This document shows positions 49,151 to 61,962 of a stretch of 64,000 bases of DNA, in pieces. Position 1 is the first letter of the stretch. Every line of letters begins with the position of its first letter. The notes below the pieces were generated by a model. That model had not been told where the DNA came from. It saw only the letters and a program-made list of their open reading frames with translations, and searched no databases. The position numbers and the translations under genes were made by a program. The stretch is from positions 105,340,001 to 105,404,000 of the forward strand of contig NC_086107.1 in assembly GCF_963921235.1 (NCBI RefSeq), written 5' to 3'. This DNA is from Mobula hypostoma. Lineage: Eukaryota.

Positions 49151-52100
49151 TCCAGGCTAAGTTATAAAGAGTGGCTGGATATTTATTTATTTACTGGGAT
49201 ACAGTTCAAACCACACCACTCACCAATCTCCTGATTTAATCCTAGCCTTCTATGTTTCTATGTTAATAACAGGACAATAACCAATTAACCTAGCAACCGG
49301 TACATCTTTGGACTGTGGGAGGAAACCAGAGCACTGGGAGGAAACGTGGTCATGGGGGAGTGCATGCAAACTCCTTACGGGCAGTGGCGGTCCCTGGTAC
49401 TGTAAAGCGTTGTGCTAACCACTAGGTTACCATGGTGCCCATGTTGGGACCTTTATCCCTGGAGTGGAGAGGGCTGAGGAGATGACCTTACAGAGGTTTA
49501 TAAAATTATTTGGTGGATGGTCACAGTTTTTTACCCCATCAAATTAGAGAATCTGGAAACTCTAGGTTTAAGGCGAAAGGAAATACGATGGGCAACCTTT
49601 CCACACAGAGGCTAGTGGGTATGTGGGTCAAACTTTCAGGGGAAGCTGTAGAGGCGGGTACAGTCACAATATTTAAAAGGCATTCAGACAGCTACAGGGA
49701 CAGGAAAGGGTTAGAATACAGGACAAATGGGATTAGCTCAGGTAGACAACTTGGTCAGGCAGGTCAAAGGTCCTGATTTATGCCCTATGACTTTCTATGA
49801 CTCAGTGAATAAACCTCTTCTTGTTTCACCCTGAATAGCTGACCACTTATTCTGAGACTGTGACCCATGGATCCTGACACCCGTCCCTGCATCATTTTCT
49901 ACTGGAGGGTTCCGGAGGTTCAAGATTCAAGAGTTGGGTACATTTATTATCAAAGAATATATAAATTATCCAGCCTTGAGATTTACCTGCTCACAGGTGG
50001 CCACAAAGCAAGGAACCTGAAAAAACCCAATTAAAGAAAAAAAGAATAAAAAACATAAAAGACCAATGAGCAAGAGAAAGAAAAAAAATCATGAGAACCA
50101 TTGTGTATGTTGAAGATAGAAATTGAAACACCCTTTGACGTTAATTTCATGAGGTTCTGGAGGTTCACTCCTTCTGTATGTTCAAGATAGATGTTAATTT
50201 GACAAGGCTCCATCTCATTTTACTAATCTTAAGAGAACATATGCTAACTTCTACTCATACAACAAGCTTGCCACCCCAATAATCTGTCTGATAAACTTTC
50301 ACCACACCCCTTTCAGTGCCAGTACATCCTCCCTTGGATTGGGATACCAGAGCTGTGACCAATATTTCAGAAGTAGACTAACTGGGACCCTTTGTAATTG
50401 GAGAGATACATCCCCACTCTTGTATCCAAATCCCCTTTGTACTGTACCCTCTCTTTCTAGGAGCTGTTTAAGGAGGAGGGAGGTATATTTATGGGAAACC
50501 TGGGAGTTAATCTGATTAACCCTTCCCCAGCCCCCTCTATCTTTTAACCCGTGACATTGCAAGCACGAAACCAGTTTTTATAATGCTGTTTACATTGTAA
50601 AACACATGCTAGTATTTATGTACAATATTGTGCAAAAGCCTTAGGCAGATATATATAGCTAGGGTGCCCAAGACTTTTGCACAGTCCTGTAGTAATTTTA
50701 TGTACAGTATTGCACTGTATAGTTGCCACACAAAAAAATAAATTTCATGATCTATGTGAGTCATGATAACCCTGATTCCAATATGGATCTCTAGTGTGGA
50801 CTGAGAGTGGGAAAGGGAATCATGGTTGGGAAAAGGGGAAGGGTGGCGGGGGGCACCAGAGAGACATTCTGTAATGATCAATAGACCAGTTGTTTGGAAT
50901 CAAATAACCTTGCCTGCTGTCTTAGCGCTGGGTGCGTCTGCACCCGTGCCAGCCCCTGCCCTGGCACTCCTTCTCTGCCACCTGTCCCACACCCCTCCCG
51001 CAGTACTCCGCCTTCGCTCCTTTGCTCCCACCAGATTTACAAACTCGCTTTCCACTCCATATTGACAAGTACAGTACTGTGCAAAAGTCTTTTATATGTA
51101 TATACTCTGAAGAGTTTGCACAGTACTGTATTTTATGCACATTTAATTCCATATCCTTACTTTAACATCTAACTTTATTTCTTTATAGAATTCTTTATTC
51201 TTTATAATTGCTGAATGCTCCTTTTTTGGCTGCATGTTGTGGTCTGACCAACAATATTTAATGTATACAGTGAATAAAGTTGCTGCTTAATCCTCGATCC
51301 TTGGGAAGTGAGGGCAATGAGCTACTAAATCAGAAGAGTTGAGGCCCAGGGGCAGATAGCAAGGGATACAGGCTAAATGTAGGCGAAGGGGACTACCCCA
51401 GTTAGACAACCTGGTCAGCTCTGATGTTGGGCGGAAGGACCTATTTCCATGATGTGTATTGCTGTGCCTCTATGAGTAAAAGATATTTTAAATGGGACTG
51501 ATTTCAGGGGCAGGGGACTCGATCCTGCTCCTATTTTCTTATGTTTCTTTCCCTTATCAAATCCTTGGTCATCCATTGCTGAAATCTGAAATATTTCCAG
51601 TTCTCAGCTCCTTCCACCTACCCGCTCCCAGCATTTTACTTCATCACCCCCCCCCCCCCATGTGAGCCATGTCCATAGCACAGAAGCAACCTGATGGCAT
51701 GAACATTTATTTCTGGCAATTTTCACATTCCCCATTCTGACTCTCCTCTTGCCCCTTTTCTTCTGCTCGCCTGCCCATCACCTCCCTCTGGTTCCCTTCC
51801 TCCTTCCCCTTTCCCCCATGGTCCACTCTCTTCCCCTATCAGATTCCTCCTTCTTCAGCCCTTTACCTGTTCCACCTATCACCTTGCAGCTCCTTAATTG
51901 ATGATCCTCCTCAACCCACCCATCTTCCCCCACACCTGCTTATTCTGGGGTCCTTCACCTTTTCCAGTAGTGAAGAAACGTTGACTGTTTGTTCCCCTCC
52001 TGCTGGGTTCCTCCAGCATTTTGTGTGTGTCGCTCAGTCTTACTTGGGTAGCCCAACGGTTAACAGTAGAGCTGCTGCCTCACAGCTCTAATGACCTGGG

Positions 52101-53166
52101 TTTCATTCTGACCTCGGGTGCTGTCTGTGTGGAGTTTGCATGTTCTCCCTGTGAACCACATCGGATTCCCTCGGGTCATCCGATTTCCTACACAGCCCAG
52201 GGACATTCAGGTCGGTAGGTTAACTGCCTGCTGTGATTTGGTTTTATTGCGTAGGTTGAGGGAAGTCACGTAGGTGGAGAGGAATTGAATAGAATTTGAG
52301 GAGAGTAGAGTAGACTCATTGGGACAAATGGCCTCCGTCTATGACTTAAGCAAATGTGAATACAGCTTGCAACTGTTTTTAGGGAACTTTATAAACCTTT
52401 TCCTTTTGATCTAATAATGTTTTTAATTTTTCTTAGTAGCCACAGACATCTCATGTAAATTCCTTGCCTTAAAGCAGGGATTTCCAACGTTTTTTTAAGC
52501 CACGAAAAAATACAATTAAGCAAGAAGTCCATGGATCCCAAGTTGGGAACCGCTGCCTTAAAGGAGTGCATATTTACTGTAAAATATGTATTCCTTAAAA
52601 ACTACCCATGTCTTGCTTACTGTCATACCAGATCTATATCAGCAAACTCACACCTCAAAAATTCATACACTTAGTGGCCACGTTATTAGGTACACCTGCA
52701 CAGCTGTCCGTTAATGCAAATACCTAGTCAGCCAATCACGTGGCAGCAACTCAATGCAGAAAAGCATGCAGACATGGTCAAGAGGTTCAGTTCTTGTTCA
52801 GGCCAAACATCAGGATGGGGAAGAAATGTGCACGCACAACCTATTTTCATAGGATGTGCTCTCTGGTCCAGGCAGTGCCCTGGTAAATCTCCTCTGCACC
52901 CTCTCTAAAGCTCCTGCATGAAGTCACTTTATCAAAGGTGTTCCGACTCTCCCTTACTGACTCCATTAGGAGCATTCCCATTCACTCCAGTGGGATTATG
53001 AAACATACTTTTCCTTTTTCTAAACCCAATTGTTGCAATTGTATCCAGCCCTGCAGCTCAGATGAGAGTTTGTCCATTTCTGTTGATATTTTCTAGCCAC
53101 TGTTCTCACATCCCGCATAGTAGATGCCAGTGTTTGCCTTGCTACTGAACGCTTTCATGTTCAGTA

Positions 53167-53700
53167 TGCTCTCAGTGGCCACTTTATTAGGTACACCTGC
53201 TCGTTAATGCAAATATCTAATCAGCCAATCATGTGCCGGCAACTCATTGTCTAAAAGCATGCTGACATGGTCAAGAGGTTCAGTTGTTGTTCAAACCAAA
53301 CATCAGAATGGGGAAGAAATGTAATCAAAGTGACTTTGTCTGTGGAATGATTGTTGGTGCCAGATGGGGTGGTTTGAGTATCTCAGAAACTGCTGATCTC
53401 CTGAGATTTTCACACACAACTGTCCCTAGAGTTTACAGAGAATGGTATGAAAAACAAACAAAAAAATCCATTGAGTGGCAGTTCTATGTGGTGAAAATGC
53501 CTTGTTAATGAGAGAGGTCAGAGGAGAATGGCCAGACTGGTTCAGGCGACAATAACTCAAGTTACCATACGTTACAACAGTGGTGTGCAGAACAGCATCT
53601 CTGAACACACAACACATCAAACCTTGAAATGGATGAGTTGCTGCAGCAGAAGTCCATAAACATATACTAAGGAGGTACCTCCTAACGTGGTCACTAGGTG
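53167..53700 (+). mobile_element. Non-autonomous Tc1-like DNA transposon (same family as 6749-7297)
   Basis: TIR ctcagtggccactttattagg; MGKKCNQSDF..GMIVGARWGGLSISETADLLRFSHTTVPRVYREW paired-HTH remnant. Confidence 0.85.
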
Positions 53701-54179
53701 TAGATTCATAGAGTTAAACAGCATAGAAACAGGCCCTTTGACCCAACCTCTCCATAACTTAATGGTTTTGTGTTTACTTAAGATCGAACCTAATCACTTT
53801 CTTTTCATTTTACATAATATTATTACAATAATCAAGCCTCACTGAAGATCACTTAACTACAGGTTATTAATTAATTATTTCTCATTGCATAATACCAGAT
53901 CTAAAATAGTCTGCCCCCTTGTTGGCTCCTAAACATGCTGATCTTGGAGACCATTTCATCATACACGTGATGTATTTGCTCTCTACACTGTCTCTGTCCT
54001 TTGGTTTTTTCACTCTGTATGGAGAGTAAAACCCTCCGTTATGCAGTTGTGCGAGAGGGAGTGCGTATGTAGAGCTGTCTTTTCAAGCAGGTCCACGATC
54101 AAAATTTAGAACGCAGTGCTTCGCGGCAGTTTCTCTGAGTTGGGCTGTGACCAATCAATGAGAGGAATTCATTAGAAAA

Positions 54180-56440
54180 ACCAAATAAAGATAACTCCTG
54201 TGCAAGTGGAGTGGCCATTCTTGTGAGTGTGCCAGTGTTGAGAGTGGCTTTGGCTCATCAGGCTCGGGTGAGGTACAGTATCTGTTAAGTTTCTCTTTTT
54301 GTTTTTATTTGTTCATTCCTCGTCTGTTAGGGCAGAGTAGTGTAGTGAGAACGGCTCCTCGGGCAGTGTTTTGCACTGTGTGTTGGATGAGGGACGTCTG
54401 GGAGACCCCCCGGTCGCCCAGATAAACACATCGGCACCCGGTGCACTGAGCTACAGCTGAGAGAACGTATGAAGGAACTGGACCTGCAGCTCGATGACCT
54501 TCGACTCAATATGGGAGACTGAGGAGGTGACCCCTAGGGTGCAGGAGACAGACAACTGGGCAACAGTCAGGAGAAGGAAGGGAAATGCACAGCCAGTGCA
54601 GAGTACACCTGTGACTGTTTCCCTCAGTAATAAGTATGCAACTTTAGATACTGTTGAGGCAGACGACCTACTAGGGGAAGCCACAGTGACCGGGTCTCCG
54701 GCACTGAGTCTGGTGCTGTGGCTCAGAAGAGCAGAGAAGTGAAAAGGATTGCAGTGTTGATAAGAGGCTCCAGAGTCAGAGGAACAGAGACAAGGTTCTG
54801 TGGGGCAATAGAGACACCTGGCTGGTATGTTGCCTCCCTGGTGCCAGGATCTGGGATGTCTTGGATTGGGTCCATGGTATTCTCAAGGGAGAGGGTGAGC
54901 AGCTAGAAGTCTTGTTTCATATTGGCACCAATGACATAGATAGACCAGGTGAGGAGGTCCTGAAGAGAGACTTTAGGGAACTAGGTAGAGAATTGAAAAA
55001 TAGAACTTCCAGGGTAGTAATCTCTGGATTGGTGCCCCTGCCACGTGCCAGTGAGGGGAAGAATAGGATGATTTGGCAAGTGAGTGCATGGCTGAGGTAC
55101 TGGTGAAGGCGCAGTGGTTCAGATTATGGATCCTTGAGATCTCTTCTGCAGAAGATATGACCTGTACAAAAGGGATGGGTTACGCTTGGACTTGAGGGGG
55201 TACGATATCCTTGCTAGCAGGTTTGTTGTTGTTGTTTGGGAGGGTTTAAGCTAATTTGGCATGGGGATGGGAACTGGATTGATAGTGCTGAGGATAAGGT
55301 AGTTGGTTTACAAACAAAGGCAGTGTGTAGTTGGGCTCCTTGCAAGGAGAGGTAATGATAGGGCAAAATTTCAGTCAACAGGATGAGCTGCAACGTAAAA
55401 TGCGGACAAAATCGAAAAGCGTGAATCCAGGACTGAAGGCGTTATATCTGAATGCGCGCAGTATACGGAATAAGGTAGATGGACTTGGTGCACTGTTGCA
55501 GATTGTCAGGTATGATGTTGTAGGCATCCCTGAATCATAGCCGGAAGAAGATTATAGCTGGGAGTTTAACATTCCAGGATACACATTGTACCAAAAGGAC
55601 AGGCAGGAAGGCAGAGGGGGTGGCATGGGTCTGTGGGTGAAAAAAAATTAAATCTGATCATTAGAAAGAGGTGACATAAGATCGGAAGGTGTTGAATCGT
55701 TGTGGGTAGAGCTAAGGAACTGCATGATCCTGATGGGAGTGAAAAACAGACCCCCAAACAGTAGTCAGGACGTGGTCTACAGATTACGACGGGAGATGGA
55801 AAATGCATGCCAAAGGGCCAATGTTAGAATTGTCCCGGTGGAACTTCATTATGCGAGGATGCAATGTTGAGGCTCTATAAGACACTAGCGAGGCCTCGCT
55901 TGAAGTACTCTGAGCAGTTTTGGGCCCCTTATCTTAGAAACGATGTGCTGACACTGGAAAGGGTTCAAAGGAGGCTCACGAAAATTGTCACATGAAGAGC
56001 ATTTGATGGTTTTGGGGCCTATATTCACTAGAATTCAGAAGAATGAGTGGGACCTGATCGAAACCTATTGAACATTGAAAGACCTGTTCAGAGTGGATGT
56101 GGAGAGGATGCTTCCTATTGTGGGAGGGTCTAGGATCAGAGGACACAGTCTCAGAATAGAGGGGTGTCCTTTTAGAACAGAGATGAGAAGGCATTTCTTT
56201 CATCAGAGAGTGGTGAATTGGTGGAATTTGTTGCCACAGGTGGCTGTGGAGGCCAAGTCTTTAAGTATGTTTAAGGCAGAAGATGACAGATTCGATTGGT
56301 CAGGGCATGAAGGGATATGGGAAGAAGGCAGGAGATTGGGGCTGAGAGGAAAAATGGATCAGCCATGATGAAATGGAGGAACAGGCTCGATGGGCCAAAT
56401 GGCCTCACTCTGCTGCCGTATCTTCTGGTTTTATGGTCTT
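54180..56440 (+). mobile_element. Degenerate CR1 LINE with ORF1 (Cys-rich/coiled-coil + SGNH esterase) and APE endonuclease; RT core missing
   Basis: HIGTNDI, VVISGLVPLPRASEGKN, LKALYLNARSIRNK, YDVVGI.ES; then a jump near 55850 to the ORF2 C-terminus and 3' UTR. Confidence 0.85.
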
Positions 56441-56624
56441 ATTATATTTTTATATCACCCTCACTCACTGCAACTCTAACCTCCTGAGTTAACCTTACCA
56501 CAACCCTTTGAAGGTCTACAAGCAACGATGTTCTCTACTCCCCAACAACCAAGCAAGGGATCAGATATAGAGCAACAATCCCTTGTGAATCGATTTCTTG
56601 TCAACTCTGTCCTGAGTGACGGTG

Positions 56625-57595
56625 AACATAAGAAACAGGATCAGGAGTAGGCCATTCGGCCCATTCAGCCTGCTCTACCATTCAAGATCATGGCTGACCC
56701 AGCTTTGGACTCAGCTCCACCTACCTGCCTTTCCCCCATAATCCCCCTTACAAAGCAAGAAGCTGCCTGACTGCATCTTAAATATATTTAATGAGGTGGG
56801 CTCAACTGCTTCCTTGGACAGAGAATTCCAGAGATTCACTACTCTCTGGGAAAAGCAATCTTCTCATCTTCACCCTAAAACTACTTCCCTGACCCTTGAG
56901 GCTATGCCCCTAGTTCTAGTCTCACCTTCCTGCCTCTATTGTATCAATCCCTTTAATAATTTATATGTTTTTATAAGATCACTGCTCATTCTAAATTCCA
57001 GCCAGTATAGTCCCAGGTGGTTGAATCTCCTCTCATTAGCTAACCCCCTTATATACAAATCAACCTGGTGAACCTCCTCTGCACTACCTCCAAAGCCAGA
57101 ATATCTTTCCTCAAGTAAGGAGACCAGAACTGCACGCAGTACTCCAGGTGAGGCCTCACCAATACCCTGTACATTTGCAGCATGACCTCCCTGTTCTTAA
57201 ATTCAATCCCTCTAGCAATGAAGATCAATATTCCGCTTGCCTTGATAGCCGGCTGCACCTGCAAACGGACCTTTTGTGATTCATACACCAGCACTCTCAA
57301 GTCCCTCTGCAATCTTTCCTCATTTAAATAAGAACCTGATCTTCTACTTTTCCTTCCGAAGTGGATGACCTCACATTTACCAACATTGTGCTCCATCTGC
57401 CAGAACCTTGCCCACTATCCACCTCTCTCATTACATCCTCAAAGAACACCAATACATTGGTCAAACAGGACCTGTCCTTCATGAATCCATACTGAATCTG
57501 CCTGATGGAGCCACTTCTATCCAGATATCTCTCTGTTTCTTCCTTAATGACAACTTAAAGCATTTTCCTGACTATAGATATTAAGCTAATTGGTC
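56625..57595 (-). mobile_element. CR1 3' fragment
   Basis: KCEVIHFGRK..LVRPHLEYCVQFWSPYLRKDIL. Confidence 0.9.
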
Positions 57596-58784
57596 TTAGC
57601 TCAGCCTAAGTGCCTTATACCTAGACTGTGTCTCCCACATCTGTACCCTCCAGTGATGAAACACAGTATCTTGGCATTCACCATATTGAGTTTTCCCAAA
57701 CATTGGAATATTAGAATCTTGCTCATTCTTTGGAGGATACAATCTTTACCCAGTTACACTAATCCTGCACTAATCCCATTCCATTTTGCCATCAGATCTG
57801 CCCACTCACCGCCACACAAGGGACATCGTAAAGTGTCCTGTTAACCTCACCAGTCCATGTGTTTTTGTCATGTGGGAGGAAAGCAGGGACACTGGGGGAA
57901 AGCCAGATCTTTTCAGACTTTTGAAGATGAGCTTTGTTTGTCACATGCACATTGGACCATACAGTGGAAGTGCCAACGACCAACACCATCTGAGGCCGTG
58001 CTGCGGGCAGGCTTCAAGTGCCGCCAAGCTGCGGGCACCAAGACAGCACGCCCACAGCTTACTCACCCTAACCCGTACACCTTTGGAATGTGGGAGGAAA
58101 CCGTAGCACCTGGAAGAACCCCATAGCGTCATGGGAGGATGGGGGGGAATGTACAAACTGCCTACAGTGGCAGGAATGAACCCCGATTGCTGATCACTGG
58201 CACTGGAAAGCGTTAACGCTAATCGCTGCATTGCTGTTCCACCCTAAAGCCTAGGCCTCTGGCACCGGGGGTCAGGATGGAACGGGGGGCCCTGGTTCTG
58301 AGAGACTCTGTCTCCACTAGGTGCATTACTGTGCTGCCAGTTCAGTCTGGACAATAGCCCAGTTATCCATCAGCAGAGGGCATTCCGAGGACCCTGATAT
58401 CCCTCTATGAAGACAATGATGTTTTTGTTTATATTTACGTGGGGATACAGCCCATCAAGACGGAGCTAAAGATGGTGCCAGTTTTGTTAGTGAAACAGTC
58501 AAATTCTTCCTGTTCTAATGTCTCTACTTTTCCTTCCAGTGTGGCTGGGGCCCTGTCGGGACCTTTGATCCACATCGGCACCCAAACTGCGAAATCTGCA
58601 CGGCAGCTAGTTCTCGTTTTTGGAGCTCGCCGATCGACCGCGTTTCGCCATGTCTGGATTCAGCTTGCTGTTGCATGGTGGGAGTGCTGATGCTCTGGCT
58701 AGAATAAGTGGGGGGAGGGGGCAGGGTTGATACTACTGGCTGCTGCTTGTGTGTGGGAGGAGGGCAGGGGCTTTGGGGCTGTTA

Positions 58785-59212
58785 CATAGAACATAGAATA
58801 GTACAGCACAGTACAGGCCCTTCGGCCCACAATGTTGTGCCGACCCTTGAACCCTGCCTCCCATATAAGCCCCCACCTCAAATTCCTCCATATACCTGTC
58901 TAGTAGTCTCTTAAATTTCACCAGTGTATCTGCCTCCACCACTGACTCAGGGAGTGTATTCCACCAACCACTCTCTGAGTAAAAAACCTTCCTCTACTAT
59001 CCCCCTTGAACTTCCCAACCCTTACCTTAAAGCCATGTCCTCTTGTATTGAGCAGTGGTGCCCTGGGGAAGGGGTGCTGGCTATCCACTCTATCTATTCC
59101 TCTTATTATCTTGTACACCTCTATCATGTCTCCTCTCATCCTCCTTCTCTCCAAAGAGTAAAGCCCTAGCTCCCTTAATCTCTGATCATAATCCATACTC
59201 TCTAAACCAGGC
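58785..59212 (-). mobile_element. CR1 3' fragment
   Basis: LRELGLYSLERRRMRGDMIEVYKIIRG. Confidence 0.9.
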
Positions 59213-59534
59213 AGATACGTTGTATCTGTCATTCATTCTTCGGGATTTTTCTTCTGTTTCGTGGATGTCTGTGAAGAGTAAGAATTTCAGGTTCTCTGGT
59301 ATTAAATGGAACCATTGAACAAGCCCGCGCCGCCCTCTTGCACCCACGTGACCAACACACGTACTAATCCAAATGTGGTTGGACTGTGGGAGGAAACCAG
59401 GGCGCCCGGAGGAAACCCACACGGTTGCGGGGATGACACGCAATCTCGGTGAAGACAGTGGCAGAACTGATCTCGGACCGCTGGCGCTGCAAAAGTTTTC
59501 CGCTAACCGCGCTACGCTACCGTGCCGCCCAACC

Positions 59535-60048
59535 GTAGAAAGTTGCTGGTGAATGCAGCAGGCCAGGCAGCATCTCTAGGAAGAGGTACAGTCGACATTT
59601 CAGGCCGAGACCCTTCGTCAGGACTAACTGAAAGAAAAGTTAGTAAGAGATTTGAAAGTGGGAGGGGGAAGGGGAGATCCAAAATGATAGGAGAAGACAG
59701 GAGGGGGAGGGATGGAGCCAAGAGCTGGACAGGTGATTGGCAAAAGGGGATACGAGAGGATCATGGGACAGGAGGCCCAGGGAGAAGGAAAAGGGGGAGG
59801 GGGGGAACCTAGAGAATGGGCAAGGGGTATAGTCAGAGGGACAGAGGGAGAAAAAGGAGAGAGAGAGAAAGAATGTGTGTATATAAATAAATAAATAATG
59901 GATGGGGTACGAGGGGGAGGTGGGGCATTAGCGGAAGTTTGAGAAGTCAATGTTCACGCCATCAGGTTGGAGGCTACCCGGACGGAATATAAGATGTTGT
60001 TCCTCCAACCTGAGTGTGGCTTCATCTTTACAGTAGAGGAGGTCGTGG
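59535..60048 (-). mobile_element. Penelope-like element 3' part
   Basis: Same 3' architecture as the other Penelope copies; carries the best-preserved hammerhead motif. Confidence 0.75.
59590..59625 (-). ncRNA. Minimal type-I hammerhead ribozyme motif in a Penelope-like element (best-preserved copy)
   Basis: Minus strand AGTC-CTGACGA-AGGGTCTCGGCCT-GAAA-TGTC-GACT: core CUGANGA and GAAA, stem II hairpin, GUC triplet, stem I AGUC/GACU. Confidence 0.65.
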
Positions 60049-60997
60049 ATGAACTGTTCACATTGGTTGACTGAGGAGCATTCGTGCTGAGTCTGTGTGG
60101 CACTTCCCCCCTCCCTCCCTGTATCGCATGTGCTGAAATCATGTTACAGGGCAAGTCGAATTGCTTAGAGACTTTGCAATTCCTGGCATACTTTCAGTTA
60201 ACTGCTTACTTCAAGGTTCATGGTGAAATTCTACACCAGGAATTTACCCAGAGGGCTCAGTTCAACTCCCTTCTGTCTCCTGTTACTTACCAGTGAAGAC
60301 TCTGAGAAGGGGCAGCTGTATCAGCGCGGGGGGAAAGGATGGAACGGGAGGAGACAATGGCGGGTGTGACGAGAGGTCGGGGGGGGGGCGTGGGGGGAGG
60401 CTTTGTAACATAACCACCACCTGAGCTGCACCTAGCAAATCTCTGCAAAGCCGTGCAATCCAATGCCACACACACAAAACGCCGGGGGAACTCATCAATC
60501 GAGAGGGATAGACAGTCGATGTTTCGGGTCAAGGACCTGCTGAGTTTCTCCAGCATCTTGTGCGTTGTTGCTCTAGAATTCCAGCCTCTGCATGATCTCT
60601 TGTGCCTATACCTTGATGTGAGTCACCCAGCAGGAAGAGTGAGATGCTTTTAACTGGAAGTAGTGGAGCTGAGAAAGACTTTACTTTTCATTCCACTGTG
60701 CTTTGTCGGGTTGTGTTGGGTAGAGTAAGATCTCCTTTGGCAGATCTCCTCAGCTTTGCCAAGTTTGCTTGAGCCCCAATTTTGAGAGGTCTGAGAGGCT
60801 AATGAAGACTCTGTCAATACCTCTCGCTGCCTCGGTAAAGCAGCCAGCATAATCATTCTCCTACCCACCCCGGACATTTTCACTGCTTCTCTCTTCCCTT
60901 AGGCAAAAGCTTAAAAGCAAATACCACCAGGCTCAAGAACAGCGTCTACCCAATTGTTATAAAGACTAGTAAATAAGTCAATAGTGCGATAAATTAG

Positions 60998-61663
60998 AGG
61001 AGGAGAAGATGGCGGCGCGACGCAGCGCACAGCGGCCAGTCCGGTGATGAATATCTGTTATCTGTCAAGTAGGGTGCCGTGCACAATCCTGATTTGATGA
61101 AGATAGACGTGACAGCACGGAGGAACATCTGGTGAAACTTCTGAAATGCCTGCTTCGCTGCTGCTGCTACTGTGTGATCCAGAATCTCCGGAGGGGAAGG
61201 CCCCGAGTCCTCGGCTTTGCCTGTTGCTTGGTGGCCGGGGAGGGGTCGAAGTGCTCGGCAGAGATGGTGCTCGGTGCTCGGTGTCGGAGGGCTGGTCGGA
61301 GGCTTGAAGTTTTTGGACGGACTCAGAGTTGGCTGCGGTCAGGTGCTTCCAGGGTGCTGCATCGGCAAGTTTGCGGCGCTGGAAGCTCATGGCAGGGAGA
61401 GTTTCTCCCTTCTACTGTCTGCGTGAGATGATGGGGCTATCGGGACTTGAGACTTTTTTTACCATGCCCATGGTCTGTTCTTTATCAAATTACGGTATTG
61501 CTTTGCACTGTTGTAACTATATGTTATCATTATGTGGTTTTGTCAGTTTTAGTCTTGGTCTGTCCTGTGTTTCTGTGATATCTTTCTGGAGGAACATTGT
61601 ATCATTTTTAATGCATGCATTTCTAAATGACAATAAACGAGGACTGAGTGTCCTCATAATCTA
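60998..61663 (+). mobile_element. ~670-bp non-autonomous retroelement, copy 3
   Basis: Same start and end as copies 1 and 2. Confidence 0.85.
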
Positions 61664-61962
61664 AAAAGAAATGGATGTCTGACTTCACAATGTACCTCAT
61701 AATGATCTTGCACTTTATTGTCTACCTACACTGTACATTAGCAGTTAGGCCTAATGAGGTGCATTGTTAATGTCTTACCTTGTTCTGTCTCAAGGTACCG
61801 TTTAATGGTAGGGCACTGAGTTTGCGGTAGAACAAAGATCTGGGAAGACAGATCCTTCGTTCCTTGAAGGTGGTGTCACAGAGCTGAAAATAGAGCTTTT
61901 GGCACATTGGCCTTCAATCAGAGTTTGCAGGAAAATGAATCTCAGGGTATAATATGGTGACT

